Below are positions 1-7,900 of a DNA stretch of 64,000 bases, one piece after another. Within the stretch, counting starts at the first letter, position 1. Every line of letters begins with the position of its first letter. Under the pieces are notes generated by a model that searched no databases, was not told where the DNA came from, and saw only the letters and a list, made by a program, of their open reading frames with translations. The translations under genes and the position numbers were made by a program. The stretch lies in IMG/VR virus record IMGVR_UViG_3300025674_000031, one strand, 5' to 3'. The stretch is from a virus.

Positions 1-1
1 C

Positions 2-1102
2 CTCCTTAACGAGGTAAAACTAGAAGACGTAAAGCAACGTTTCCAGTCAAAAAAGTTTAAAAAAGCATTTAGCGATAAATCAGAATCAGTAAGCAAGAAA
101 CTTCTCGATCAAGTCCCCAACGACATAGAAGAAAAGTACAAAGGCGCCTTGTTAAATTGGCTTATCAGTTGGGCAATTAAAAACAGAAACGTCAATATCC
201 CCGGCAACTTTAAAGCTTCCGCCGAAATATTCTTTCAGATCAAAGAACAAAACCTCCAGCGCCTTCTATCAAAAAAGTCCATAGCGCAAATAAGCTCACC
301 CGAAGAATTGATTTCTGTTGTTGCGCAAGCCAAGCCAGAATACGACAAGCACATAGCAGATAAAATAGAAAACTCCCGCAAAGGTGAAGGTCAAAACTTA
401 ATCTACCAAACCGATAAGTGGGAAGTTTACGTCCCCGAAACAAAAGGTGCATCCTGTGCCCTCGGCAAAGGCACCGAATGGTGTACAGCAGCGCCGGGAT
501 TAGATTACTACGAAGACACCCACAGCAAAGAACATCCGTTAATTATCTTTATCAACAAGCAAAACCCCGACGAAAAGTACCAATTCCATTATAAGACAAA
601 TCAGTTCATGGATAAAAACGACAAAAAGGTTAAGCCTAAGTTAATTTTTTTCAAGCTTAACGAAATCGTAAAGTCGCTCTCAGATAAACTACCCAAAGAA
701 ACCATCAAAAGCGCCAATCGATATAAAATTGAAAAACTTCCAAATGGCGAGTATGCACAAACAATTGAAAAAGCAAACGGAGACAAGTACTGGTACCAAA
801 ACGGCAAACTTCACCGTGAAAATGGTCCAGCAGTTGAAAAAGCAAACGGCGACAAACACTGGTTCCTAAACGCTAATCGCCACCGTGAAGACGGCCCAGC
901 AATTGAATATGCAGACGGTGAAAAGCAATGGTGGCTAAATAACAAACAGCACCGTGAAGATGGTCCAGCAGTTATAAGAGCAAACGGCAATAAGTCTTGG
1001 TGGTTAAATGACAAAAGACTTTCTTATTCCGAATGGAAAAAGGAAGTTCGCAATCAAAACAAGATTGCGTCTCTTTTTAATTATTTCAAGAAAAAAGTAT
1101 AA
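2..1102 (+). CDS. 5'-truncated protein with a GTxWCT (PcfJ-like) domain and C-terminal HREDGPA (MORN/YwqK-like) repeats; paralog of 6094..7461
   Basis: The frame is open from base 2 (LLNEVKLEDVKQRFQSKKFKK...IEEKYKGALLNW), so the true start lies upstream of the window. It aligns with the 6094 N-terminus and has 3 HRE(D/N)GPA units. Confidence 0.85.
   Translation, partial: LLNEVKLEDVKQRFQSKKFKKAFSDKSESVSKKLLDQVPNDIEEKYKGALLNWLISWAIKNRNVNIPGNFKASAEIFFQIKEQNLQRLLSKKSIAQISSPEELISVVAQAKPEYDKHIADKIENSRKGEGQNLIYQTDKWEVYVPETKGASCALGKGTEWCTAAPGLDYYEDTHSKEHPLIIFINKQNPDEKYQFHYKTNQFMDKNDKKVKPKLIFFKLNEIVKSLSDKLPKETIKSANRYKIEKLPNGEYAQTIEKANGDKYWYQNGKLHRENGPAVEKANGDKHWFLNANRHREDGPAIEYADGEKQWWLNNKQHREDGPAVIRANGNKSWWLNDKRLSYSEWKKEVRNQNKIASLFNYFKKKV
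767..1020 (+). repeat. 69-bp (23-aa) coding tandem repeat, about 3.5 units
   Basis: EKANGDKxWxxNGKxHREDGPA[VI] units, with CACCGTGAA invariant in each full unit. Confidence 0.9.
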
Positions 1103-1128
1103 ATCTAATGGCGTGCAGTAACACAACC

Positions 1129-1151
1129 ACTATTTATAAGCTATTTATAGC
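1129..1151 (+). promoter_or_regulatory. Tandem cTATTTATa motif, putative late promoter
   Basis: ACTATTTATAAGCTATTTATAGC upstream of the 1191 start; the same motif precedes many other genes. Confidence 0.5.
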
Positions 1152-1190
1152 ATACCGCCCCGAATGAACGGCGTAAGGAAAGCAACAATA

Positions 1191-1979
1191 ATGAGTGACA
1201 TTAAACTAATCTTAGAAAATTTTAGGAAAAAGCTAAATGAGGCCGATGATTTCGCCAGCGAAGATGGTTCATACCCCGGTGACGGTATAATTCCTCTATT
1301 TTCACCCGAAGAGCTTGAAGAGCTAGTTGACTTGGATATGCCAATGACCGAGGCTGAGAAAAAGTCAAAAGAATTGGTAGTTGCCGAGCGAGAAATGAAA
1401 GCAGGACTCGTAATCGCCGCCATAGCAATGGCCGCAGGCTTTCTTGATGTCACGCTGGTCATGTTAGGTGACAGATTCCCAGAATTTCGTCGAAAGATGA
1501 ACGACTATATTCAAGCAATAGCGCAAGAGTCTGTCAATCGCATGGCTGACGCCGAAGCTGATTTAGTGGCAAGGCAAGATGCCGATTATAAAGCAGCCCA
1601 AAAAGAAAAGAGGGAAGCAGCTAAAGAAAAGGCTCGTGAGATTAAGGCTAAAATCAAAAAAGTTGTCGAAGCCGATAAAGAACTCAACAGACTTCGTGAA
1701 GAAGCAGAACGCCTAACCTACCTTGTGCAAACCTCCCACCGTCAAAGAAAAGACAAGGGCCCCGGCATTAAAGGACTCCGCACCCCCGAAGCCACAGAGA
1801 TTCGTAAAAAGCAAAAAGAGGTTTTTGCACAATTCAAGGATCGAATCGAAATTGTTGTCGTGGAGGCTCTTAAAGCAGCAGAGGTTGAAGACCGACGGTA
1901 TAAATCTAGAACAAACTACGCAACCGACGACGGCGGCCCCGGCGATTACGCCACTAACTTAGCTCGTAAAGGAAAGTAA
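1191..1979 (+). CDS. Hypothetical protein with an LxE leader, one hydrophobic helix and a coiled coil
   Basis: The ORF track starts at 1164; ATG 1191 is preferred (AAGGA upstream, MSDIKLILENFRKKLNE leader). Confidence 0.7.
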   Translation: MSDIKLILENFRKKLNEADDFASEDGSYPGDGIIPLFSPEELEELVDLDMPMTEAEKKSKELVVAEREMKAGLVIAAIAMAAGFLDVTLVMLGDRFPEFRRKMNDYIQAIAQESVNRMADAEADLVARQDADYKAAQKEKREAAKEKAREIKAKIKKVVEADKELNRLREEAERLTYLVQTSHRQRKDKGPGIKGLRTPEATEIRKKQKEVFAQFKDRIEIVVVEALKAAEVEDRRYKSRTNYATDDGGPGDYATNLARKGK

Positions 1980-2004
1980 GCTTCGGCATTCTCTGACAAC
2001 CCCA

Positions 2005-2041
2005 TTACCCCCTTTAAGGCTAATAACTTTAAAGGGGGTAA
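2005..2041. terminator. Perfect 13-bp inverted repeat, possible terminator hairpin
   Basis: TTACCCCCTTTAA (2005-2017) and TTAAAGGGGGTAA (2029-2041) with an 11-nt loop, 26 nt after the 1979 stop. Confidence 0.6.
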
Positions 2042-2084
2042 GCTTTCCAGCGTACAGGACATCAAAGAGTTAGAACAGAATCTA

Positions 2085-2282
2085 AGCATTGGATTATTGA
2101 TTGGAAAATGGTCTTATGCTGGGTTAGAATCTGCTTGGGGATCAAGATTGCTTGGCTTTGGATTGTCTTATGTCAGTTTTCCAATTCTTACTTGGTTGTT
2201 GCTTGGCGAATCCGCTTTTACACCTAAGAACATGATAAGTCCTTTTTTAGCTTTTACTTTAGTGGCAATTCAAATTTTTTGA
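2085..2282 (+). pseudogene. 5'-truncated paralog of the small membrane protein 8302..8643
   Basis: SAWGSRLLGFGLSYVSFPILTWLLLGES...IQIF aligns to SAWSARLMAFGLSYISFPFLTYVFLKES...IQIFW. About 45 N-terminal aa are missing, and the terminal W codon appears to have lost one G (TTTTGAAAACC vs TTCTGGAAAACC). Confidence 0.7.
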
Positions 2283-2313
2283 AAACCTTAATATGTTGCT
2301 AGTTTGTGCTTGT

Positions 2314-2342
2314 TTGACTAAATTTTAGAACCGTGATATTCT
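2314..2342 (+). promoter_or_regulatory. Sigma70-type (early) promoter
   Basis: TTGACT-N17-TATTCT with an extended -10 TG. Confidence 0.7.
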
Positions 2343-2356
2343 GGTATCATGATTTG

Positions 2357-2390
2357 CTCAAATGGAGTTCTAAAATATGAAAAAAATTAT
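2357..2390 (+). repeat. 34-bp leader cassette, copy 1 (RBS plus first codons)
   Basis: CTCAAATGGAGTTCTAAAATATGAAAAAAATTAT, identical to 3653..3686. Confidence 0.95.
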
Positions 2391-2916
2391 TATAGTGTTT
2401 TTAATGTTGTTAATTTGTTTAGGCTCTTTCATTTGTTTTGCAAATAACGACAGCACAACGATTCGAAAAATTGAAAATAAGATCAAACAATATAAAATTC
2501 GAACAAAAAGTAAAATAATTTTTATTGACTATTCTGCTCCAATTTATAGTAAAAGGCTGTATGTTTATGACATAAAAAATAAAAAAATTATTAAAAAAAC
2601 ATATGTTGGACATGCTTTGTTAAGTGGTCTAAGAAAGCCAACTGATATATCGAACAAAATCGGATCGTGGAAAACAATCGATGGCCTATTCAAAACTGGA
2701 ACGAAATATATAGGCGGTTCAGGTAAATCCATGAATGTTCATGGGTTACTTAAGAAAAATAAAAACACCTTTAAAAGAAGAATTGTTTTTCATGGACCAA
2801 GTTATTTTGGTGCTATATGGAGTCAGGGTTGTTTCGTTGTTTTTCCAAAAGAGGACTTAAATTATATAATCGATAATTTTAAGAATGGTACACTTTTAAT
2901 AGTCAGCGTCGAATAG
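2377..2916 (+). CDS. Secreted murein L,D-transpeptidase catalytic-domain protein (YkuD_2-like)
   Basis: Signal peptide; IDYS..KRLYVYD, VGH..SG, SN..GS, RRIVFHG, SQGCF (His/Cys catalytic motif). Confidence 0.8.
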   Translation: MKKIIIVFLMLLICLGSFICFANNDSTTIRKIENKIKQYKIRTKSKIIFIDYSAPIYSKRLYVYDIKNKKIIKKTYVGHALLSGLRKPTDISNKIGSWKTIDGLFKTGTKYIGGSGKSMNVHGLLKKNKNTFKRRIVFHGPSYFGAIWSQGCFVVFPKEDLNYIIDNFKNGTLLIVSVE

Positions 2917-3606
2917 GAATGGGTATTGAACTTTTAAATATATCTCACTTCTCCTTCCTATTCTATTCATAGTCCACCATTTAGCAAAATCTGGCATGTC
3001 TGTGCCTAAATCTAAACAGCCAGAACTACCCTCTAATTCCCCGCCGTGTATAAAAAAACCACCACGATGACGAACCATTTCTGGGTAAAGTTTTGGTAAG
3101 CCCCTACCATAAATTGGTATTCGATGTTCGCCCCATGCAATTTTGCTTCCTATGGTTTTAGCTTGAAATGCATGATGCTGTTTCTTTCCGCCAAACATCG
3201 CCCCAATTTCACGCCCTACATATTTTAATTTATCAAACATGCCCGGTTCAACATATTTTTTTGCCGTTTGTAGGCCGCCGACTCTATACATTCCTTCCGG
3301 AATTCCACCAAAGTCTTTTACACCCTGCAAAGCTTTCCTCATAAAGTTTGGAGTATTTATTATTAAATCTAGCTTGCCGGTTGTTGCAGCCCATCTTCTT
3401 ACAACTTGCCCATCTGCCACTGCTTTTAAATGATCGCCATTGAATACAAGAAGAAGTTTTTTTGCTTTTAAAGCTTTTTCATCTCTAGTCGGGTCTCCTT
3501 GAAAAAAATGCAGTATTGAGTCTATGGTGCCCGTTATTTCTTTAAGTAATTCTTTTTCAAATTCTTCTTTAATAATTTGTTTTAATTTTTGACGTGTTAC
3601 CCTCAC
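2896..3606 (-). CDS. DUF2778/Tlde1-like L,D-transpeptidase-fold protein with an LxE leader
   Basis: GGIPEGMYRV, AWGEHRI, RGGFFIHGGELEGSSGC; GTG start with an AGGAG RBS; leader MRVTRQKLKQIIKEE..LLKE. Confidence 0.75.
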   Translation of the reverse strand: MRVTRQKLKQIIKEEFEKELLKEITGTIDSILHFFQGDPTRDEKALKAKKLLLVFNGDHLKAVADGQVVRRWAATTGKLDLIINTPNFMRKALQGVKDFGGIPEGMYRVGGLQTAKKYVEPGMFDKLKYVGREIGAMFGGKKQHHAFQAKTIGSKIAWGEHRIPIYGRGLPKLYPEMVRHRGGFFIHGGELEGSSGCLDLGTDMPDFAKWWTMNRIGRRSEIYLKVQYPFLFDADY

Positions 3607-3635
3607 TTGACTTTGCTCCTAATATATCGTACAAT
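3607..3635 (+). promoter_or_regulatory. Sigma70-type (early) promoter
   Basis: TTGACT-N17-TACAAT. Confidence 0.75.
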
Positions 3636-3643
3636 AATTAGTG
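3634..3643 (-). promoter_or_regulatory. cACTAATTAT late-type motif for 2896..3606
   Basis: The reverse complement reads CACTAATTAT, followed by AGGAG and the GTG start. Confidence 0.45.
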
Positions 3644-3652
3644 TAATATCTA

Positions 3653-3686
3653 CTCAAATGGAGTTCTAAAATATGAAAAAAATTAT
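3653..3686 (+). repeat. 34-bp leader cassette, copy 2
   Basis: Identical to 2357..2390. Confidence 0.95.
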
Positions 3687-4404
3687 GATTATCACAGGGG
3701 CGGCTTTTATTAGTGTCGCTTGTTTTGTGACTTTGTGGCTGGGTGTCGTACCAATTCGATATACACCACTCCCGCATGTAGATCTTGAAACAACACCACA
3801 TTCTACATGGATTGATCCATTCGAACAAATTCGTATTACGTCAATGCGATTTGATAAAAAGACATGTAAAGAGGTTTTGAAAAAACCGTATATTGATGCA
3901 GTACCACTAAAATCAAATCTGAAAAGCAATGGGTGCGGCTGGGTTAATGGTTTTAAAGTAAGAAGAGTTGCTGGCGCCAAGCTCGGTCGATCCGGTGCGG
4001 TCTTAAGTTGTCAAATGGCAACGAGTTTAGCTATGTGGATGCAGCATGTTCAGAAAAGAGCCGAAAAAATCTACGGGGTGCCAATTATTAAGATTCACCA
4101 CTATGGCACCTACAATTGTCGAAAAATTCGTAATAGTTGGATGCCAAGCCAACACTCATATGCCAATGGTATTGATATTAGTGGCTTTACACTACAGAAT
4201 GGCAGAAAGATTAGAGTGTACGGAAACTGGCACAAAGACAGTAAAGAATCTAATCTGATTAGATACGCCTACTCACAGTCCTGTACTTATTTCAATGTTA
4301 AGCTTGGTCCAAACAACGATAAAAGTCATCAGGATCACTTTCATCTTGATAATGGTCCTGCAATTTCATGGTGTAAAGCTCACGATAAAAGTTATTTTAA
4401 ATAA
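3673..4404 (+). CDS. Extensin-like family protein (Extensin-like_C), secreted or membrane-anchored
   Basis: N-terminal hydrophobic segment; CGW, LSCQMA, GTYNCRKI, SQHSYANGIDISGF, LGP..D..HQDHFHLD. Confidence 0.8.
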   Translation: MKKIMIITGAAFISVACFVTLWLGVVPIRYTPLPHVDLETTPHSTWIDPFEQIRITSMRFDKKTCKEVLKKPYIDAVPLKSNLKSNGCGWVNGFKVRRVAGAKLGRSGAVLSCQMATSLAMWMQHVQKRAEKIYGVPIIKIHHYGTYNCRKIRNSWMPSQHSYANGIDISGFTLQNGRKIRVYGNWHKDSKESNLIRYAYSQSCTYFNVKLGPNNDKSHQDHFHLDNGPAISWCKAHDKSYFK

Positions 4405-5954
4405 GTTAGCTTAGCGCCGGGCTTTTTTGGTATTTTTAAACGTATGGGGAACCCTTTATAAGTACTGTATGCCTCAGTTTCCCAAGGATATTTATCTGAT
4501 GGCCTAAGTGCGTGCCGGATTGGCAAGAAACATCGGGCAAAATTATATAGCCTCCCTTTGCCTTTCCTGTGCGCACACTTGGCACCGAGCTTGGTTTGTT
4601 TCCCTACAATTTGATCTTTTGAACCTTCTAAGGCTTCATAAATTTTTTTGTAATACTCTTGAAAACCAGCATTATTATCTGCTAATTCCGTCCAATCATT
4701 AAAATCAAAAAAGTCTTCGATAAGCCAATAATTTCCCTTATTTATAACTCTAAATTGACCCATCAGAAGTTTTAACATGCCGACAGTCGTCTTAGGATTT
4801 ACTTTTACTTCACCACCTTTTAGTGGATTTATTTTTCTGAATGCAGCGTAAAGCTCGTTATTACACTCTTTACCCCTGCAACCAAACGCTCTATTACCAA
4901 ATGAATAACTCCCGTTCGGTTTGCGAACATTTTCTGCTTGTGCTTTAAAAAACCTTCCATACCTACCAGCCTTTCTCATTATCCGCCTGTACTCGGGATT
5001 TTGGGGGTTAGTCATATTGTCCATAAATTTTGAAATTTGATCTATTTCACTCTGCTCCAAATCTTTTTCGGTAAAGGGGGTTGTACTGCCGGCAGCAAAT
5101 TTAAAAGCAGCACGATAATGTGGTGGACCATACTTAATAAATTTCAAAAATCTAGGCACAGTTTCAATAGCATCCCATACAGAAAACGGAATTGCTCCAT
5201 ATGCATCTCTAATATGATCTTTTACGTCTTGTGACATCGTCGTCGCATCATCTAATTGTGTTGTGATATCTTTTTTTGCTGCCTTACCAGCTAAAATCGC
5301 TAATGCCTGATTTTTTAGCTTATGAACACCCATAACACCCCTGATTGTAGCTTGCAGACCATCACCAGTTATACTCATATATTTTTGCGACACTGCTGCC
5401 AAAATACCATTTTTATCCGCAAACTTTAAGAGTGTAACAACATTTTTCATTTCGCCTTCATCAACATAGCCACTTAAATCACTTTGAAGCCTTGCAGCTA
5501 TACCATTCGTCAACGCAACTTTTCTATTTTGAGGCTCTTTAGCTTTTGGAGCAGACTTTGGTTGTTCTTCTGAACTGCCGCTAGCTTGCTGCAACAGGGC
5601 CATAGTCATTGGGCCTGCAATACCATCAATATTGCTACGTCCTCTTTCATTTCTAGGTGGCATTTTTTTTGCTTTAACTTGCGTTCTTTGAAAATCCTTT
5701 ACGGCTTCTTGCGTTTTCCCACCATAGACGCCATCAGGTTGTTCGGCATAAAGAGGCGGCTTTAGATTCTTTAGCATGTTCTGAAGTTTGTGAATTGGAC
5801 CATTGGGGTCTTTATCTCGCATTCCTCGTCTTAGCACTTGCACTTTCTGCTCTGTTAAAACGTCTTCAAGTTGATCGGTGGCAACATCTATTTTTTCTTG
5901 ATCATTTTCATTCTCTCGGATATAAGCTCGCCATTTGTTTAGTAGTTTCTGCAT
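4392..5954 (-). CDS. Protein with an LxE leader, a peptidoglycan-binding domain and an unknown C-terminal region
   Basis: LRRG..KLQ..L..PDGVYGGKTQEAVKDFQ..IDGIAGPMT. Start ATG 5954 (MQKLLNKWRAYIRE) is preferred over 5972. Confidence 0.75.
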   Translation of the reverse strand: MQKLLNKWRAYIRENENDQEKIDVATDQLEDVLTEQKVQVLRRGMRDKDPNGPIHKLQNMLKNLKPPLYAEQPDGVYGGKTQEAVKDFQRTQVKAKKMPPRNERGRSNIDGIAGPMTMALLQQASGSSEEQPKSAPKAKEPQNRKVALTNGIAARLQSDLSGYVDEGEMKNVVTLLKFADKNGILAAVSQKYMSITGDGLQATIRGVMGVHKLKNQALAILAGKAAKKDITTQLDDATTMSQDVKDHIRDAYGAIPFSVWDAIETVPRFLKFIKYGPPHYRAAFKFAAGSTTPFTEKDLEQSEIDQISKFMDNMTNPQNPEYRRIMRKAGRYGRFFKAQAENVRKPNGSYSFGNRAFGCRGKECNNELYAAFRKINPLKGGEVKVNPKTTVGMLKLLMGQFRVINKGNYWLIEDFFDFNDWTELADNNAGFQEYYKKIYEALEGSKDQIVGKQTKLGAKCAHRKGKGRLYNFARCFLPIRHALRPSDKYPWETEAYSTYKGFPIRLKIPKKPGAKLTYLK

Positions 5955-5955
5955 G

Positions 5956-5965
5956 TAATAAATAG
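5956..5965 (-). promoter_or_regulatory. CTATTTATTA late-type motif
   Basis: The reverse complement reads CTATTTATTACATG, the same context as 46121 (GTATTTATTACATG). Confidence 0.5.
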
Positions 5966-5980
5966 AAAACAAAATCTGAA

Positions 5981-6025
5981 AAATACTATAATTGCAAAGG
6001 CGAACACCACCGTGAAGACGGCCCC
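5981..6025 (+). pseudogene. Orphan intergenic HREDGP repeat unit
   Basis: Reads KYYNCKGEHHREDGP with no start codon. The 18 bp CCACCGTGAAGACGGCCC is identical to 880..897 and to units in the 6094 gene. Confidence 0.75.
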
Positions 6026-6081
6026 CAGCCCTTCGGGCTATTACATTACTGATAAAAGGCTTTAATCTTGAAATGCTGTAA

Positions 6082-6091
6082 ACTAATTATA
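6082..6091 (+). promoter_or_regulatory. ACTAATTATA late-type motif
   Basis: 2 nt before ATG 6094. Confidence 0.45.
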
Positions 6092-6093
6092 AC

Positions 6094-7461
6094 ATGATAA
6101 AGCTGATAATAGAAAGCAAGGCCCTTCTTAGTGAAGTAAAGCTAGAAGATGCGCTTCTGCGTCTTGATTCTAAAAAATTTAAAAAGGCTTATCCCGAAAT
6201 AACCCCTCTAAAGTCTTCAGCTACTAAAAAATATATTAATTCCGCTATTCCTAGCGATATAGAAGAAAAATACAAAGGCGTGCTTGCGAATTGGATGATA
6301 TCTTATTTGATTAAAAATAAGCCCAAGCTTACAGACCTTCATGATATATTTGATCCAGAATTCACCAATTCCGCAGAACTGTTCTTCCAGATCAAACAAC
6401 AAAACCTTCAGCGCTTCTTAGCAAAGAAGTCTCTGTCTCAAATCGATTCACCTGAAGAGCTGATTTTTACTGTTGCGGAAGCCAAGCCAGAATACGACAA
6501 GCATATAGCAGATAAAATTGAAAACTCCCGCAAAGGTGAAGGCCAAAACCTAATCTATGAGGATGATAAATGGAAAGTTTACATTCCCGAAACAAAAGGT
6601 GCTTCCTGCGCCCTTGGCAAAGGTACCGATTGGTGTACCGCAGCGCCCGGTCTGGATTATTACGAAGACTATCATAAGCCCGACGACCCCTTGATTATCT
6701 TCATTAGCAAAAAAGATCCCAGCGAAAAGTACCAATTCCATTATGGAAGAAAGCATTTTATGGACAAAGATGATGCTCCCATTAAAAAAGATAAGGTCTT
6801 TTACGAGCTTAATGAAATTGTAAAATCTTTAAAAGACGTAATGCCTGATCGGGTCAAACAGGGCGCCGCCCGCTTTGACTATAGAATTCTTGATAATGGC
6901 GGGTATTATATTAAGAATCCCGGTTATTACAAATACTACGACAAAAAGGGACAATTACACCGTGAAGATGGCCCAGCAGTTAAATGGGCAGGTTTCCTTA
7001 CAGAATGGCGTCGGCACGGCAAACGCCACCGTGAAGACGGCCCAGCAGTTAAATATGATAACGGCAACGAGGAATGGTACATAAACGGCAAACGCCACCG
7101 TGAAGACGGCCCAGCGATTGAATTTGCAAACGGCGACAAGGCATGGTATCAAAACGACAAACTTCACCGTGAAGACGGCCCAGCATTTGAAAGTGCAAAC
7201 GGTGACAAGAGCTGGTGGCTAAACGACAAACGTCACCGTGAAGATGGCCCAGCAATTGAAGAAGCCAACGGCACCAAGGAATGGTTCCTAAACGGCAAAC
7301 GCCACCGTGAAGACGGCCCAGCAATTGAATGGGCAAACGGCGACAAGTCTTGGTTCCTAAACGGCAAAGAGCTTTCTCATTCCGAATGGAAACAGGAAGT
7401 CACTAAACTCAAACCCAATGAAGCCAGAACTCTTAAAGAACACTTCCAAAGATACCTATAA
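6094..7461 (+). CDS. GTxWCT (PcfJ-like) domain protein with 6 HREDGPA repeats
   Basis: The core is nearly identical to ORF 2..1102 (AKPEYDKHIADKIENSRKGEGQNLIY...GASCALGKGTxWCTAAPGLDYYED). Confidence 0.85.
   Translation: MIKLIIESKALLSEVKLEDALLRLDSKKFKKAYPEITPLKSSATKKYINSAIPSDIEEKYKGVLANWMISYLIKNKPKLTDLHDIFDPEFTNSAELFFQIKQQNLQRFLAKKSLSQIDSPEELIFTVAEAKPEYDKHIADKIENSRKGEGQNLIYEDDKWKVYIPETKGASCALGKGTDWCTAAPGLDYYEDYHKPDDPLIIFISKKDPSEKYQFHYGRKHFMDKDDAPIKKDKVFYELNEIVKSLKDVMPDRVKQGAARFDYRILDNGGYYIKNPGYYKYYDKKGQLHREDGPAVKWAGFLTEWRRHGKRHREDGPAVKYDNGNEEWYINGKRHREDGPAIEFANGDKAWYQNDKLHREDGPAFESANGDKSWWLNDKRHREDGPAIEEANGTKEWFLNGKRHREDGPAIEWANGDKSWFLNGKELSHSEWKQEVTKLKPNEARTLKEHFQRYL
6940..7371 (+). repeat. 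69-bp coding tandem repeat, 6 HREDGPA units
   Basis: Repeated CACCGTGAAGA(C/T)GGCCCAGC. Confidence 0.9.
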
Positions 7462-7552
7462 TTTCAACTTAAGAGCTTGACTTTGGCGACGATCTCTATT
7501 CCAGATTTTGAAATTTGCGTATTAAACTTCTCAGTCTCTTTTTCTATCAAGG

Positions 7553-7900
7553 CTAGATCTTATATGATAGAAACTTTTTTTTAGTTTTTTTGAGATTTTC
7601 ATGGTTTTGCTTTAAAACTTGGTCAGGATTTTCTATGAATAGCTTTTTAGAGGGCCAAGTGTGCTCTGTTACGTGTCTTATAGGTTGAAGCGTGACTACG
7701 TTTAGTGGGTTTCCATGATGTATTGTATAAAGTAGGGCGATTGTTCCATCTAGCCTTGAAATTATATCAAGATTTATGCTTGCCCTCCAGATGCCATGCT
7801 GATTAAAGCTTTTTCTGTTGAACGCTCCTGTTGCTTGATAGAGGCTGATACATAAGTTTCTGAATTGTGCCTGTATGTCTGCCTCTACCTCTTTTATCAT
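7553..7900 (-). CDS. Hypothetical protein
   Basis: Follows 7907..8302 in a minus-strand run; no recognisable motif. Confidence 0.55.
   Translation of the reverse strand: MIKEVEADIQAQFRNLCISLYQATGAFNRKSFNQHGIWRASINLDIISRLDGTIALLYTIHHGNPLNVVTLQPIRHVTEHTWPSKKLFIENPDQVLKQNHENLKKTKKKFLSYKI

Noticed and set aside
767-7371. Diversity-generating retroelement acting on the HREDGPA repeats
   Set aside because: There is no reverse transcriptase or full template repeat in the window. Differences include C/T synonymous changes (GAC/GAT, GGC/GGT) that adenine-specific mutagenesis from one template cannot produce. An RT and template elsewhere in the genome would reopen this.
6940-7371. CRISPR-like array
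   Set aside because: The period is 69 bp, in frame, and the intervening segments are homologous coding sequence rather than unique spacers.
7466-7600. Possible frameshifted extension of 7553..7900 at A-runs (alternative frame DLALIEKETEKFNTQISKSGIEIVAKVKLLS)
   Set aside because: It needs both a frameshift and bypass of a TAA, and there is no homology support.
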